From Macrostomum lignano (taxonomy: Eukaryota), in assembly GCA_002269645.1 (NCBI GenBank), contig NIVC01001134.1:186001-250000 (forward strand): DNA of 64,000 nt. Direction: 5' to 3'. The position numbers and the translations under genes were made by a program. Shown piece after piece: positions 9,690 through 22,907 of the stretch. The number at the start of each line of letters is the position of its first letter. The stretch's first letter is position 1. The notes under the pieces are model-generated. The model saw only the letters and a list, made by a program, of their open reading frames with translations. It was not told the origin of the DNA and ran no database searches.

Positions 9690-12600
9690 TTATTTGAATG
9701 GCGGCCTCTGGCTGACACTCGAACCAACGCTGCTGGCAGCCGAGGACGCAGTGCTGTGCGGCCGGCCCCTGCTGACACCGCTGCGGCTGGTGGCGGCGCT
9801 GCTGCGGCCGGTGTCCAGGGCCTGATCCAGCGCCGCGGCCAGCTTATCGACGTCCAATTGATCGGCGTCGTTTGCCCGCTGACTGGCGGCCGACTTTCCG
9901 CCAACTATGCTACTTGAAGTAGTAGAGCGGGCAGTTTGCGGCAGCGAGCCGGTGACGAGGCCCTCGGGGAACAGCTTGACGGCCACTCGCAGGCCGCCGG
10001 ACAGCATGAACAAGTTGTCGTAGCCGCGCTGCACCAGAGTTGTGGCCACCCTGGGCGCGATCTTCTCGTCCTCATCGTAGATGAGCACAATGCGGCCGGG
10101 CCGGTTGCGGCAGGCCAGCATCTGGGGAATCTCGTAGTTCTGGGCCCGGCTCAGCATTGTGTACGGGTAGCTCACGGCGCCGATGATGCGGCATCTGAGA
10201 AAAATGCACAAATTAATACCATGAACGAGTTTCTATTGGAGTTCACTTTCTAATAGTCAGGCAGGTACATTCTGTGTGCCTTCAGGATTGGCCATCAGGC
10301 GTGTGGATCCATGCTTGAGCGCAACCTTGGGATTCACCTGGCCGTTTCTATTGGCAACACACACATGTAAATCGCTATTGGACGGAATAGTAGTCACGTG
10401 ACTGCTTTCAGCCAATAGCGACTTACATGTTTGTGTTGCCAATAGAAACGGCCGGGTGATTCCCAAGGTTGCGCACGTATGCGTGGATCGCACGATAATA
10501 AACGTGGTCGCGCACGGAATCAAACCAGGGACCGTGGCGCGAGTCAGATGCGTTTACCTCTCACCTGTCACATTTCCATCCCTCCTGTCACAATATTATC
10601 TCTCACCTGTCACAACCCCATCCCTCACCTGTCGCATTCCCATCCCTCCTGTCACAATATTATCTCTCACCTGTCACAACCCCATCCCTCACCTGTCACA
10701 TTCCCATCCCTCCTGTCACAATATTATCTCTCACCTGTCACAACCGCATCCCTCACCTGTCACAATATTACCTCTCACCTGTCACAACCCCATCCCTCAC
10801 CTGTCACAATCCCATCCCTCACCTGTCACAATCCCATCTTCCACCTGTCGCAATCCCATCTCCCACCTGTCGCAATCCCATCTCCTACCTGTCTCAATCC
10901 CATCTCCCACCTGTCACATTCCCATCTCCCACCTGTCGCAATCCCATCTCCCACCTGTCACAATCCCATCTCCTACCTGTGACATTCCTATCCCTCCTGT
11001 CACAATATTATCTCTCACCTGTCGCAATACTATCTCCCACCTGTCACAATCCCATCCCTCCCGTGTCACAATCCCATCCCTCCCGTGTCACAATCCCATC
11101 CCTCAGCTGTCACAATCCCATCCCATCCCTCACCTGTCACAATCCCACCTCCTACCTGTCACAACCCCATATCCCACCTGTCACAACTCCATCCCTCACC
11201 TGTCACAATCCCATCTCTCACCTGTCACAACCTCATTTCCCACCTGTCACAACCTCATCCCTCACCTGTCACAACCCATCCCTCACCTGTCACAATCCCA
11301 CCTCCTACCTGTCACAACCCCATCCCTCACCTTTCATACTCCTCCCTTTCCCGCACATCCAGCAGCAGGTAGGGGGTCTCCTCTGGCCACTCAGGCATCG
11401 CCGACAGCCGACCACCGCGGCCGCCGCCGTTCTCATCCAGTTCGCCGACTCCGCTGATGACTGACTGCAGAGTCGACCGAGCCGTGGACACCGGACGGCC
11501 GTAGTCTGATTCGGACACGGCCAGCGACTGGGCCGATTGCGCCCTGGCTGGTTGGCCATCGTCGCCATCGCGCAGAGTTCGCTCGGATTCGGCCGGCAGC
11601 AAGTCGTCCTCGGCGTCGGAGAACTCACCGGCGTCTGGCGGCGGCTCGGCCAGGCCGCGATTGATTTCGGTCACCTGCAGCATCAGCTGCACGAAGGTGG
11701 TGGCTTTCATACGTTTGAAAATCTCGTCCTGTCGGAAGCGATAGTCTGCGCGAGGGTTGGGGCAAGGGGACCCACGACTTGAATTTCAATTTTCACGCTA
11801 CTCTACTTACAGTTGAAAGGCAAGAAATTTGCAAGTAAAATATCAATAATTTCATTTACTAACTGCACTACTTATAGTAAATAAAATACTACTAAGTTAT
11901 GAAATTAATAACTTTTACAATAGCAAACTTACTTTCTCGAATTTCTTCAATCTTTTTCATATACTTGGTGATGCTGGCCCCAGTATCAATTGTAGACTTC
12001 ACATTGGCATACTTTGGATTCCTAGGTATGCGCTTTTGTAGTGGCTAAAATTTGTGCAATGAACATTAGCATTGTGATTGATTGTTTCATATAATATTTT
12101 ACATATGGCTGATGGCTGAGTGTATAGTGTAGCAATTGAATAGACACTATAAAGTTTAAGAATAAAATGAGAAATACATATTTGTATATTTAGGACTACA
12201 ACTATCATTAAGTGGTAATTTACCTAATAACTAGCAAACTGTGTAAGAAAAACATGACTTAGAAAAGAGTTCAATACTAAGCAAAAATGGAAATCTTTAA
12301 CAAAAAACTTTTATATTGTAGTATTTAGATATAAGAAAGAAGTCCATTTGTCTTTTGTTAATATACTAATATATTATTTTAATTAAGTACTAGCAAAGAG
12401 GGAATAAATATATTACAATGTCAGTAACCACATTAAAATATGGCTATAAAAATAGACAGTAGGCCTACATCTATATGCATGACACCATGAGTAGGCCCTA
12501 TATATTGGCTATCAGTTATTTTAACAAAAGTACAATTAAATAATAACTTGGACAAAAATATTTTGTATTGTAAATTACAACCTAGAAACTATAAAAGATA

Positions 12601-13193
12601 TAGAATTGTAAGATTAAATGCAAAAATACTTTTATATCATGGTCATAGATATATAAGATAGTATATTTTGTTCTTTTTATATAATTAAATCAAACTCAAA
12701 CTTCTACCAAAAATATATAAAGTAACATCATAAAATAAATTATATACATTTATATGTCTGTCAGTGTGTTAGTGCTTTTGCATGCATATATTATTGCATA
12801 AATAATCAAATATAAAAAGAAATAAAACTCAAAGGCGTAAAGCCATAATTTATATAGAGACCATTATTTATCTAAAATCAAAGATATATAAAAATCTAAT
12901 TCAAAGATATCAAAGATTTTGATTCCATAATAGAAATGGTTTAGGGAAGGTAAAAATAGGCTATTTTCTTGCTAGCATATTGCTATTTAGGTAGACTAGC
13001 TTAGCTTCTAGCTAGTTTTCTGGCTTTTAGAATTTATCTTTTGTTTTTAAAATCACCAATAACCAACTTTAAATACAGTCGTAGTTAAAATTATTAGCCT
13101 ATTTATAAAGTAAACGTAGAAAATGTATAATTTTCCATTAATAATAAATATACTTACATCAATAGGTTTGGGTCTGGCTTTGTAGGCATGCAT
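9690..13193 (-). CDS. CEP41: Centrosomal protein 41 kDa (rhodanese-like domain; tubulin polyglutamylation); exons 13193-13158, 12044-11933, 11745-11331, 10194-9690 (355 aa)
   Basis: Motifs KRIPRNPKYANVKSTIDTG, YRFRQDEIFKRMKATTFVQL, STLQSVISGVGELD, YLLLDVR, YDEDE, GYDNLFMLSGGL and FPEGLVTGSLP match CEP41. All introns are GT-AG and in frame (1068 nt). Confidence 0.95.
10550..11332. repeat. ~22-bp minisatellite (ctcacctgtcacaatcccatcc) in CEP41 intron 3; on the sense strand each unit begins AG|GT
   Basis: Direct tandem units starting at the donor at 11330. Confidence 0.95.
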
Positions 13194-15015
13194 CTCACAC
13201 TCGCTTTCTTTTACTCCGAGTATCGTTCAAATTACAAAATAAGTAACAAAATGCTTAGAATGACAACTACGTACACAACTATATTACTAAGAATTAATTT
13301 TAATATTTAATTCATACAGGGATTATGTCCGAATATGGTTTGCGAGGTCTGTCAATAAATACTCAAGACACAACTGCAGGACCTGCTACAAAGATGCTGG
13401 CAATAAGTGGGCGCAAATTGCAACTTAAATTTGTTGACTCCTCGTGAGTTGCTGGAATTTCATGCAAAATATAACAAAATATTCTTTACAAAAAGAAAGA
13501 AATTGTTTTGGTAAACCTTTTGAATGTAATTTTATTAAGTTGTGTTTGAAATTAAACTACAAAACTTTTATTCACACAATATTTTTACGAGCGTACGTGT
13601 TTCGGATAGCTAGATTTATAATTTAAAATCCATACAACAAACATGCAAAAAAGTGATCATGGATCCATCAAAAATTGTTAATAAAATACAAATCAATTTA
13701 TTAAACGCTATTGCTTCATTGTATTTTGTTCTAATTTCTTCTCATTCATATTTTGATAAAAAATTACACGTGCGTGCTTTTTGACAAAGGGATTACGCGA
13801 CTTATCGACCATGACGAATCACGAGCTTATTCTGATCGCTAGAATTTTTACTTCAAAACCATGTCAAGTTCTCTGATATATCGAAGATCTCGATCCTTTA
13901 GATAAGGTTCCATGTAAAGTTCCATGAGCTGAGCTCTTTGTGAAAAAGTTTCTTGTACATTTTCGATTTCAATTCAATAAGTGATAAGTGATTGTCAAGT
14001 GATACCAGGCTTTCAAAATATGTACGACGTACGAGGCTCGTAATATCTATACTTATATAGTACACCACCGTTAATCTGATTTTTTGGTTGTCGTACATGT
14101 AGTCATGTATATTCATGTATTAATTAATGCTTAAAGTTGAAGAAAAAGAACCAATCAAAGACTTTAGATTGTTTGAAATAATTTATTGGCATACAAGCCA
14201 ATCACTCGCAACTACAAAAATATCTTTTAGACAAATGTCAATTTTTTACTGTATAGTTTAATATGCAATTACATGGGTTAAAGGGTTTTAATTCGAAGCT
14301 ACATAAACATTACAGAAAGTAAAAAAAGTTACTTCGCAAAATTTGCGACAAGGCATATAGGTAACAATTTGAACGACAATACCTGCTTGTAGAAGTCCAC
14401 AATATCGAAAAATTATACAACAATAAAAAACAAATGACATATTGGCATTTAAAAGTTCACAGACATACTAGATTACGTGTCACAACGATTTTTTCAGCGT
14501 CGACTATAAAATGAGGTTTGGCGAGCGCAGCCCAAGACCAATGAAAGTTCTGATATAGCATGATATGAATTTTGGCGAATAAAAATATATACAAGGAAGC
14601 ATCAAGAGCCAGTGTATTTCCACCTGAAACATAATGCAGGCAGTCTAACATCAAAGGTCAGTTAAATAAAATAAGCCAGAATTATGTATGAATAAGCCAA
14701 AAAACCAACTTAAATAGCTAAAGGGGCCCAAATAAAAAATGAATCATATAAAATGCGCACAATTTGATAATCTGAACATGCGTTTTTGTCAATTGTGTGT
14801 TGCCTCAAGCATTCAAAGTTGGTCACTGCTGCACAATAATTTTCCCGTCAAAGTTTCTGAACAACAGCGCACTTTACACCTTGTTTGAGTGCGTACAAAG
14901 GAAATGAAGATTTAATTTGAATCAATTAACAACAAACCACCGCGACAGTCTCATTAATATCGTAAAAGATTTGCGTCATGGAACAGTTGCAGTTCAAGCG
15001 TCAGCAGGCACTGGG

Positions 15016-18000
15016 CTACAGCATCTGCACATAGTTCAGCGGGATGATGCCCCTTCTACCGCCTATCACGCCGCAGCACCAGCCCTCGACGCCGTCGATT
15101 CGGTGCACATCGTACACCAGCTCGTCAGCATTGAACGACAGGTCGCCTTCGGCGTCGGCTCTGCACGGGTACAGAGTCTTGGCGCAGCACCGTGGCCCGT
15201 CAGCCAGGGAGAAGGCCAGCTGGCCAGCTCGGTGCAGCCGGCTGCCGCCGCGGCCGAAGCTGCTGCTCTTGTTCGCCGACTCGATGATGTCGTCGCCGGA
15301 CGCCTGGCGCAGCACCGGCGCTCGCGACTCGACGTCCGAAGAAGGCGAAGCCGCATCATCGGTGGGCGACGCCTCGGACTGGAACAGGTCCGGCAGCAGC
15401 TCCTCGGCCTTCTGCATCAGCACCAGCAGCAGCTGTTTGCCTTCGACGGCGCAGAGCTGCACGCTCTGCAGATTCATCTGACGCGGCCAGCACAGCGTCG
15501 GCGCGAACACCATGGCAAGGTTGTCGGCAGGCATCCGATTCGCTGCCGACTGATCGGCTACGCGGCGAAGATGCTGCAGCAGCTCGGCGAGGAGGCGACG
15601 ATTCACAGCCGGCAGCTTGTCGGTGGACAGGCGGTCGCGGAGCTTGGCGAGAGGCCTGTGTGACTGCGAGTCGTTGGCCGGATCCGACTGCGGGTGGGCG
15701 GTTCAAATCATAGGTGATTTATGATGCTGATCTACAAGCCCTACCTGTGCTGATCTTCAGGCCCTGACTGTGCTGATCTACAGGCCCTAACTGTGCTGAT
15801 CTACAGGCCCTACCTGTGCTGATCTTCAGGCCCTGACTGTGCTGATCTACAGGCCCTAACTGTGCTGATCTTCAGGCCCTACCTGTGCTGATCTACAGGC
15901 CCTACGTGTGCTGATCTACAGGCCCTAGCTGCGCTGATCTACAGGCCCTAGCTGCGCTGATCTTCAGGCCCTAGCTGCGCTGATCTACAGGCCCTACCTG
16001 TGCTGATCTACAGGCCCTAGCTGCGCTGATCTACAGGCCCTAGCTGCGCTGATCTACAGGCCCTACCTGTGCTGATCTACAGGCCCAACATCTGCTGATC
16101 TACAGGCCCTACCGGTGCTGATCTACAGGCCCTACCTGTGCTGATCTACAGGCCCAACATCTGCTGATCTACAGGCCCTACCGGTGCTGATCTACAGGCC
16201 CTACCTGTGCTGATCTACAGGCCCTACCTGTGCTGATCTACAGACCCTACCGGTGCTGATCTACAGACCCTACCGGTGCTGATCTACAGGCCCTACCTGT
16301 ACTGTACCTACAGATACCTGACTGTATCTACAGATACCTAGCTATCTACAGACCAATAGCAAAGCCCCAGCTGTCACTCACACTATTGATCAAATATTCG
16401 ACAAAGTCGAAGGTGAGCAGCGGCTGCGGCAGCCGCTTCAAGTAGCGCTTGATGCAGGTGCTCAGCACCCGCTCTCCGACTGTCTCCAAGTTGCAGGGGC
16501 TGCCGCCAAGGACGAAACTCTGCAGCAGCTCTTCGACCTCGCGGTTCTGCCCTTCAACGCGGTACAGGCCCTCCTCTTGCAGGCCGCGCGACTCCAGCGC
16601 CCTGAGGCAGGCGATGAGCCGGTCCGCGTCCGCCTGGCCTGGGAGCTAAATAAGTATTAAATTAGGCGCATGCGCTAATCAGCTACTGACAGTAGGTGCT
16701 CTGCTAACTTAGATACAATAGGTTTGCATATACGAGGAATCTATTTCGAGAGCTCAGCATAGATGCAGTGAGGTCAGCGGGCGTCAGCGGCGAAGTTATT
16801 GAGGTCAGCATAGATGTCAGCAGGGGGTCATGGAGGTCAGCAGGGTGTCATGGTGGTCAGCAGGGGGTCATGGAGGTCAGCAGGGTGTCATGGTGGTCAG
16901 CAGGGGTCATGGAGGTCAGCAGGAAGTCATGGAGGTCATGAAGGTCAGCAGGGAGGTCAGCACGGAGGTCAGCGGGAGGTCAGCAGGGAGGTCAGCAGGG
17001 AGGTCAGCAGGGAGGTCAGCAGGGAGGTCAGCAGGGAGGTCAGCACTCACCTGCTCATCAGAAACGGAGCCCCGCTGCCCGCTGAGCGCCTGCACCCAGG
17101 CCCTGAAGTTGCTATTGGAATAGGCCTGCAGCAGCAGCGACCGGCCCTCGATGGTGGCCACCTCAAAGGTGAACTTCCTGCCGGACGAGGTGTCCTCAGT
17201 GACGCTGGAAACGACGCCGCTGATGGGAGCGGCGGCGGCGGAGCTACCGGCCGGGTTGGCCGGCGAGTAGGGCTGAAGACTGATGTGGCGGCTCTCCAGA
17301 GTCAGGGTGCAGTAGCAGCGCTGCCAGGAGGTTGGGATGCCCAGCTTCTTCTGCGCCAGCAGCAGGTAGCCTTCGTGCTGTCCGCTGCTGGTTCGCAGGC
17401 TGGCCGGGAGCAGCTGGCTGGAAAGCAGCTGCTGCTTGTTCTCGTCCAGCTCCTTCTCGGCCGATTCCACGCTGCTGTTGAACAGCATCACCGACTTGTT
17501 CATGTGGTGCATCTGCTGCTCGCGGTCGCCCAGGTTGTCGTTGCATTCCTGCGGGGGAGGCGGGTGATTCAGGATGAGGTTATTCAGAGAGACGATTCAG
17601 CTCAGGGAGAGATGATTCTCAGTTCAGGGGAGATGATTCTCAGTTCAGGGGAGATGATTCTCAGTTCAGGGGAGATGATTCTCAGTTCAGGGGAGATGAT
17701 TCTCAGTTCAGGGGAGATGATTCTCAGTTCAGGGGAGATGATTCTCAGTTCAGGGGAGATGATTCAGCTCAGGGGAGATGATTCTCAGTTCAGGGGAGAT
17801 GATTCAGCTCAGGGGAGATGATTCTCAGTTCAGGGGAGATGATTCAGCTCAGGGAGAGATGATTCAGTTCAGGGGAGAGATGATTCAGTTCAGGGGGAGA
17901 TTATTTCGGGAGAGATTATTGAAAGAGAGATAATTCAGGGAGACATGATTCAGGGAAAGATGATTAAGGGAAGAATGATTCAGGGAAAGATTATAAAGGG

Positions 18001-20884
18001 GAGAATGATTTAGGGAAATATTATTAAGGGAAGAATGATTCAGGGAAAGATTATAAAGGGGAGAATGATTCAGGGAAAGATTATTAAGGGGAGAATGATT
18101 CAGGGAAAGATTATAAAGAGAAGAATGATTCAGGGAAAGATGATTCAGGGAAAGATAATTCAGGGAAAGATGATTCAGGGAAAGATTATAAAGGGAAGAA
18201 TGATTCAGGGAAAGATGATTCAGGGAAAGATTATAAAGGGAAGAATGATTCAGGGAAAGATGATTCAGGGAAAGATTATAAAGGGAAGAATGATTCAGGG
18301 AAAGATGATTCAGGGAAAGATTATCAAGGGAAGAATGATTCAGGGAAAGATGATTCGGGGAAAGATTATAAAGGGAAAGATGATTCAGGGAAAGATGATT
18401 CAGGGAAAGATGATTCAGGGAAAGATGATTCAGGGAAAGATGATTCAGGGAAGAATGATTCAGAGAAGCAGGTCGGTTGCGGCAGAAAATTAGTTTGTCA
18501 GAGAATTACATGTAAACGGAGGGTAGAGAAAATGAAAATCAGCTAGAGGTGACACCAGCTCACCTGATAGAAGCACTTCCACACGCTCTGCAGAGAGGCA
18601 ATGATCTCAAAGAATCTGCTCTTGTTCATAGCCTGCCGGAACTGCAGCGCCTTCACGTATTCGTATGTCCGGCCGAAGTACTCGATTCTCTCCATGTCCA
18701 TGTCGCGCTCCTGTGGCGCCGCTTTGGCCAGGGCGCGCTCCTGGTTGTGATAAAATCGGCGCGTCTCTTCGTAATACTCGCGCCGCGTGTCGGACAGGAA
18801 GGCTTTGATCTTGGCGCGCTGGCTGTTCAGCTCGTCTACGAACAAGCGCTGCGAGTTCTGCAGCCACCGCCTGGCGGCCAGCGAGGAAATGATGAGATCA
18901 TCTTGATTGGACTCCGCGATGAGCAGAGACAGGTGGCACAGACTGGGAAGAGGCTGGACTGGCTAGGGTAGGTACGGAGGGGGAGAAGGGTAGAGAAAGG
19001 AGAAGGAAAAGAGAGTACAGGGTAGAGATAGGGGAGGGTGTAAGGGTAGGAAGTGAGGGGAAAGAGGGTGTCGGGTAGGAAGTGAGGGGAAAGAGGGTGT
19101 CGGGTAGGAAGTGAGGGGAAAGAGGGTGTAAGGGTAGGAAGTGAGGGGAAAGAGGGTGTCAGGTAGGAAGTGAGGGGAAAGAGGGTGTCGGGTAGGAAGT
19201 GAGGGGAAAGAGGGTGTAAGGGTAGGAAGTGAGGGGAAAGAGGGTGTAAGGGTAGGAAGTGAGGGGAAAGAGGGTGTCAGGTAGGAAGTGAGGGGAAAGA
19301 GGGTGTCGGGTAGGAAGTGAGGGGAAAGAGGGTGTAAGGGTAGGAAGTGAGGGGAAAGAGGGTGTAAGGGTAGGAAGTGAGGGGAAAGAGGGTGTAAGGG
19401 TAGGAAGTGAGGGGAAAGAGGGTGTCAGGTAGGAAGTGAGGGGAAAGAGGGTGTCGGGTAGGAAGAGAGGGGAAGAGGGTATATGGTAGAGAGGGGAAAG
19501 AGGGTGTCGGGTAGGAAGAGAGGGGAAGAGGGTATATGGTAGAGAGGGGAAAGAGGGTGTCGGGTAGGAAGTGAGGGGAAAGAGGGTGTCGGGTAGGAAG
19601 AGAGGGGAAGAGGGTATATGGTAGAGAGGGGAAAGAGGGTGTCGGGTAGGAAGAGAGGGGAAAGAGGGTGTCAGGTAGGAAGTGAGGGGAAAGAGGGTGT
19701 CGGGTAGGAAGTGAGGGGAAAGAGGGTGTAAGGGTAGGAAGTGAGGGGAAAGAGGGTGTAAGGGTAGGAAGTGAGGGGAAAGAGGGTGTAAGGGTAGGAA
19801 GTGAGGGGAAAGAGGGTGTCAGGTAGGAAGTGAGGGGAAAGAGGGTGTCAGGTAGGAAGTGAGGGGAAAGAGGGTGTCGGGTAGGAAGAGAGGGGAAGAG
19901 GGTATATGGTAGAGAGGGGAAAGAGGGTGTCGGGTAGGAAGAGAGGGGAAGAGGGTATATGGTAGAGAGGGGAAAGAGGGTGTCGGGTAGGAAGTGAGGG
20001 GAAAGAGGGTGTCGGGTAGGAAGAGAGGGGAAGAGGGTATATGGTAGAGAGGGGAAAGAGGGTGTCGGGTAGGAAGAGAGGGGAAAGAGGGTGTCAGGTA
20101 GGAAGTGAGGGGAAAGAGGGTGTCGGGTAGGAAGAGAGGGGAAGAGGGTATATGGTAGAGAGGGGAAAGAGGGTGTCGGGTAGGAAGAGAGGGGAAGAGG
20201 GTATATGGTAGAGAGGGGAAAGAGGGTGTCGGGTAGGAAGTGAGGGGAAATAGGGTGTAGGGTAGGAAGTGAGGGGAAATAGGGTGTAGGGTAGGAAGTG
20301 AGGGGAAAGAGGGTGTAGGGTAGGAAGAGAGGGGAAAGAGGGTGTCGGGTAGGAAGAGAGGGGAAAGAGGGTGTAGGGTAGGAAGAGGGGAAGAGGGTGT
20401 ATGATTGAGAGAAGGGAAGATTGTGAAGGGTAGGAGGAGAGGGTAAAGAGGGTGAATAGGAAACCAGAACACGGGAAGAGCCAGTAAAAGAGACCGCATT
20501 GAGTTTAACTGCAATTTATTTAAGGCGGTGAATTTCCGATGCCCTCCTCAATTACCTTCTGGCCTCCTCAATGTACTCCAAATCCTGCGACAGCTGCACG
20601 AAGAAGCTGGCCATCTCCCGCTCGGCTTTCAGGGCGCCGACACTACTGGAGGGCTTGCCGGCGTCAGTCGAGTCCGAGCTGCCGGCGCCGAGCTCGCTGA
20701 TGGCTCGGCCAAAGGCAAGAAGCGCTTCGCTGTGGCTCAGGCCAGTCTCCCGGACCCGGTTGAAGCTGTCAATAACGCGCTTCATCGACTTCACAGAGTC
20801 GTCAAGCATGCGCTCCTGGTCGAGGAGGGCGCCACGCAGGTCGGGACCGTCCAGAAGGCAGGCGTTATAATCCACAATGCGCAT
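15016..20884 (-). CDS. Graf: GRAF/oligophrenin-family Rho GTPase-activating protein (BAR-PH-RhoGAP-SH3, 689 aa); exons 20884-20556, 18870-18564, 17548-17051, 16645-16382, 15687-15016
   Basis: N-terminal CLLDGPDLRGAL (GRAF BAR start). PH-type HEGYLL...WQRCYC..FTFEV..LLQAYS. Arginine finger ESRGLQEEGLYRVEG. NRMPADNLAMVFAPTL. C-terminal SH3 AKTLYPC..DLSF..GWCCG..GIIPLNYV. Junctions are GT-AG and in frame (2070 nt). Confidence 0.93.
15720..16335. repeat. 23-bp minisatellite (tgctgatctacaggccctacctg) in Graf intron 4
   Basis: Direct tandem units. Confidence 0.95.
16785..17045. repeat. 12-bp-based minisatellite (ggaggtcagcag) in Graf intron 3
   Basis: Starts about 6 nt after the donor at 17050. 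Confidence 0.9.
17580..18470. repeat. Compound minisatellite in Graf intron 2: 21-bp (ttctcagttcaggggagatga) grading into 15-bp (atgattcagggaaag)
   Basis: Direct tandem units. Confidence 0.95.
18975..20460. repeat. 29-30-bp purine-rich minisatellite (gggtaggaagtgaggggaaagagggtgtc) in Graf intron 1
   Basis: About 50 units with recurring variants. Confidence 0.95.
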
Positions 20885-22907
20885 GGTAGCTGGTGGTGAG
20901 TTATGCTTTTCAGCTTATTTACATGTATAGTGATGATGCCAGTTTTTAATGTTTACAAAGCCATGCAATAACAAAAATTGAATGTGCCCCAATGCTATTA
21001 TAGGTATATATTTCAGTAGTCTTACATGTAAAAAATATTTAAGGTTTAATTTAGTTCTAGAATTTTAATTATATATTTTTTAATTTTTTGTTATTATTTT
21101 CTTAAATTATCATTAAATTAAAGATAAGATTTTTATAAACTATACATGCATTAACACTTGAAATTCATGCTTACCTACAATGGCAGTTCTTATCTTGAAA
21201 AAATTTATAATGTTTTAAACAAATAGCTCAAAGCCTAGTCAAAGTAGGGTAACTTGCAGTTTCCAAGGTTAAATAATTTATTAAATAATTCAAAGTTTCA
21301 AAATAATAACCAGAGGCAAAGGCCTTTATTGAGAAATTATTTCTCAGCTAGAAAGACTAACAAGGAACCTTATAAGATAAAATGTAAAAATAGCTCATAT
21401 TTCTCAATTCGGCCAATAAGATCTTCTAATTCACTAATTTTTCCCTGTAACAAGGAACTTTAGTTATTTTTATTTATCTTGTCATAGTCATCACGCGGAA
21501 GTTAAAAATAGAGGTTTATTGGTATGAACACGACTAAATATAAAATGAAAATACAGAAAAACCCACATCTCCCCCTGGAGTATATACTTTGAATATAAGT
21601 TTTTCATTTTTGGCTGCAGTTGTCGTTCAATCATGTTGTTTAGTCATTTAGTTCCCTACACAACCAACGGTCCAACGTTACATTTTGGATAAAATCTACT
21701 GCAACTCGCATAGTAGAATTTTTCTGCAACTCTGCGTTTAGCCTGAAATCTAAAACAAAGCTAAAAGCACTAGTACTGCGCGAAAAATATTCTACAGCAT
21801 TTACAGCTCAGCAACAAATAAACATTCTTAAGTTTAGATAAATTACACTAACAACGAACATTGAATTCGTGCCGCTTTATTTCGAGTCATTATTACAACA
21901 AGATACGGACTCATTTAAACGTTGTGCATATACACAGAATGCATATACACAAAAATTTATAATACAAATACTTCTATATTGTAGCTTTTCCTGTAACTAA
22001 AGTTTATTTTGAAAGAAAAATTACATTTAGCTTTTTACGACTTTTGTTGTAATAGTTGTTCAATCTCTTAATTTTGGTCTTCCTGCGTAAATAGTGGTTG
22101 TGGTATTCCTGCCTTAGAGGGTTGGCCGCAGCAGCGTCAACTTCGAGGATGACTTAAGCAAGAGTAAAAGGACAGGATAAACTTCGTTTGAATTCTTAAA
22201 TATCTTTGAAAGCTGCTTGGCTCTACACAAAAATGCATGCTACTATAGCTAGAGTTGATCTGATCCATTTGTCGATCTAAGGATTGATAATTTGTACAGC
22301 ACTAGTACCAGAGAAATGTACTTTCCATTTTCAACCCAAAACCTCCTTCTGGGATGATTCTCTTAGTATTGATTCTCCCATTTTACCCCGTTTCATCTTG
22401 CTTGATTCCCGATCAGACTATAAAGTACAGTGTTTACCTCTCCCTCAATCAACTGCGAATTTTTATGTACTGAAGTCATTGTGAAAGATTAAGTGGCAAA
22501 CAAAAAACTGCCATTTCCATGTCTTGAACTCCGTGCAGAAGGCAGAATATTTTTTTGTAATTACATGTACAAAGGCGTCGAATCCATCGCATATGATTTC
22601 TAGTAATTGTCATCAGCTCGCGCGTCGCTAGCTATCATTTTGTCGAGTCTGCAGGTTGTCGCTTGGTGTGCGCGCGCAGGTTAATCTAGTAAATAAATAA
22701 TTTGCTTCTGAGAATCTGAGAACTCCCGGTAGTTCAGTGCTGCTGTTAATTAGCCATCAGGCCAACAGCACGCGGGGGGCCTAATTTGGGTCTCTAATAC
22801 ACGTATGTATTATGCAGAAGAAATTTCTACCAAAACGCTTGACTCAGACAGAGCCGAAAAAATTAGAAACTGCTGTCTGGGTTATTCTTCGTGAATATTA
22901 GTCAGCC

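Noticed and set aside
13250-13900. Possible short gene divergent from CEP41 (acceptor near 13319, donor GTGAGT at 13444)
   Set aside because: Only ~40-aa frames with no homology, and no convincing downstream exon.
20885-21180. Splice acceptors just upstream of ATGs (Graf near 20890; LamG gene near 49283) as possible spliced-leader trans-splice sites
   Set aside because: Plausible cis donors exist upstream (GTAAGC near 21174; GTAAGA near 49408), so ordinary 5' UTR introns explain them.
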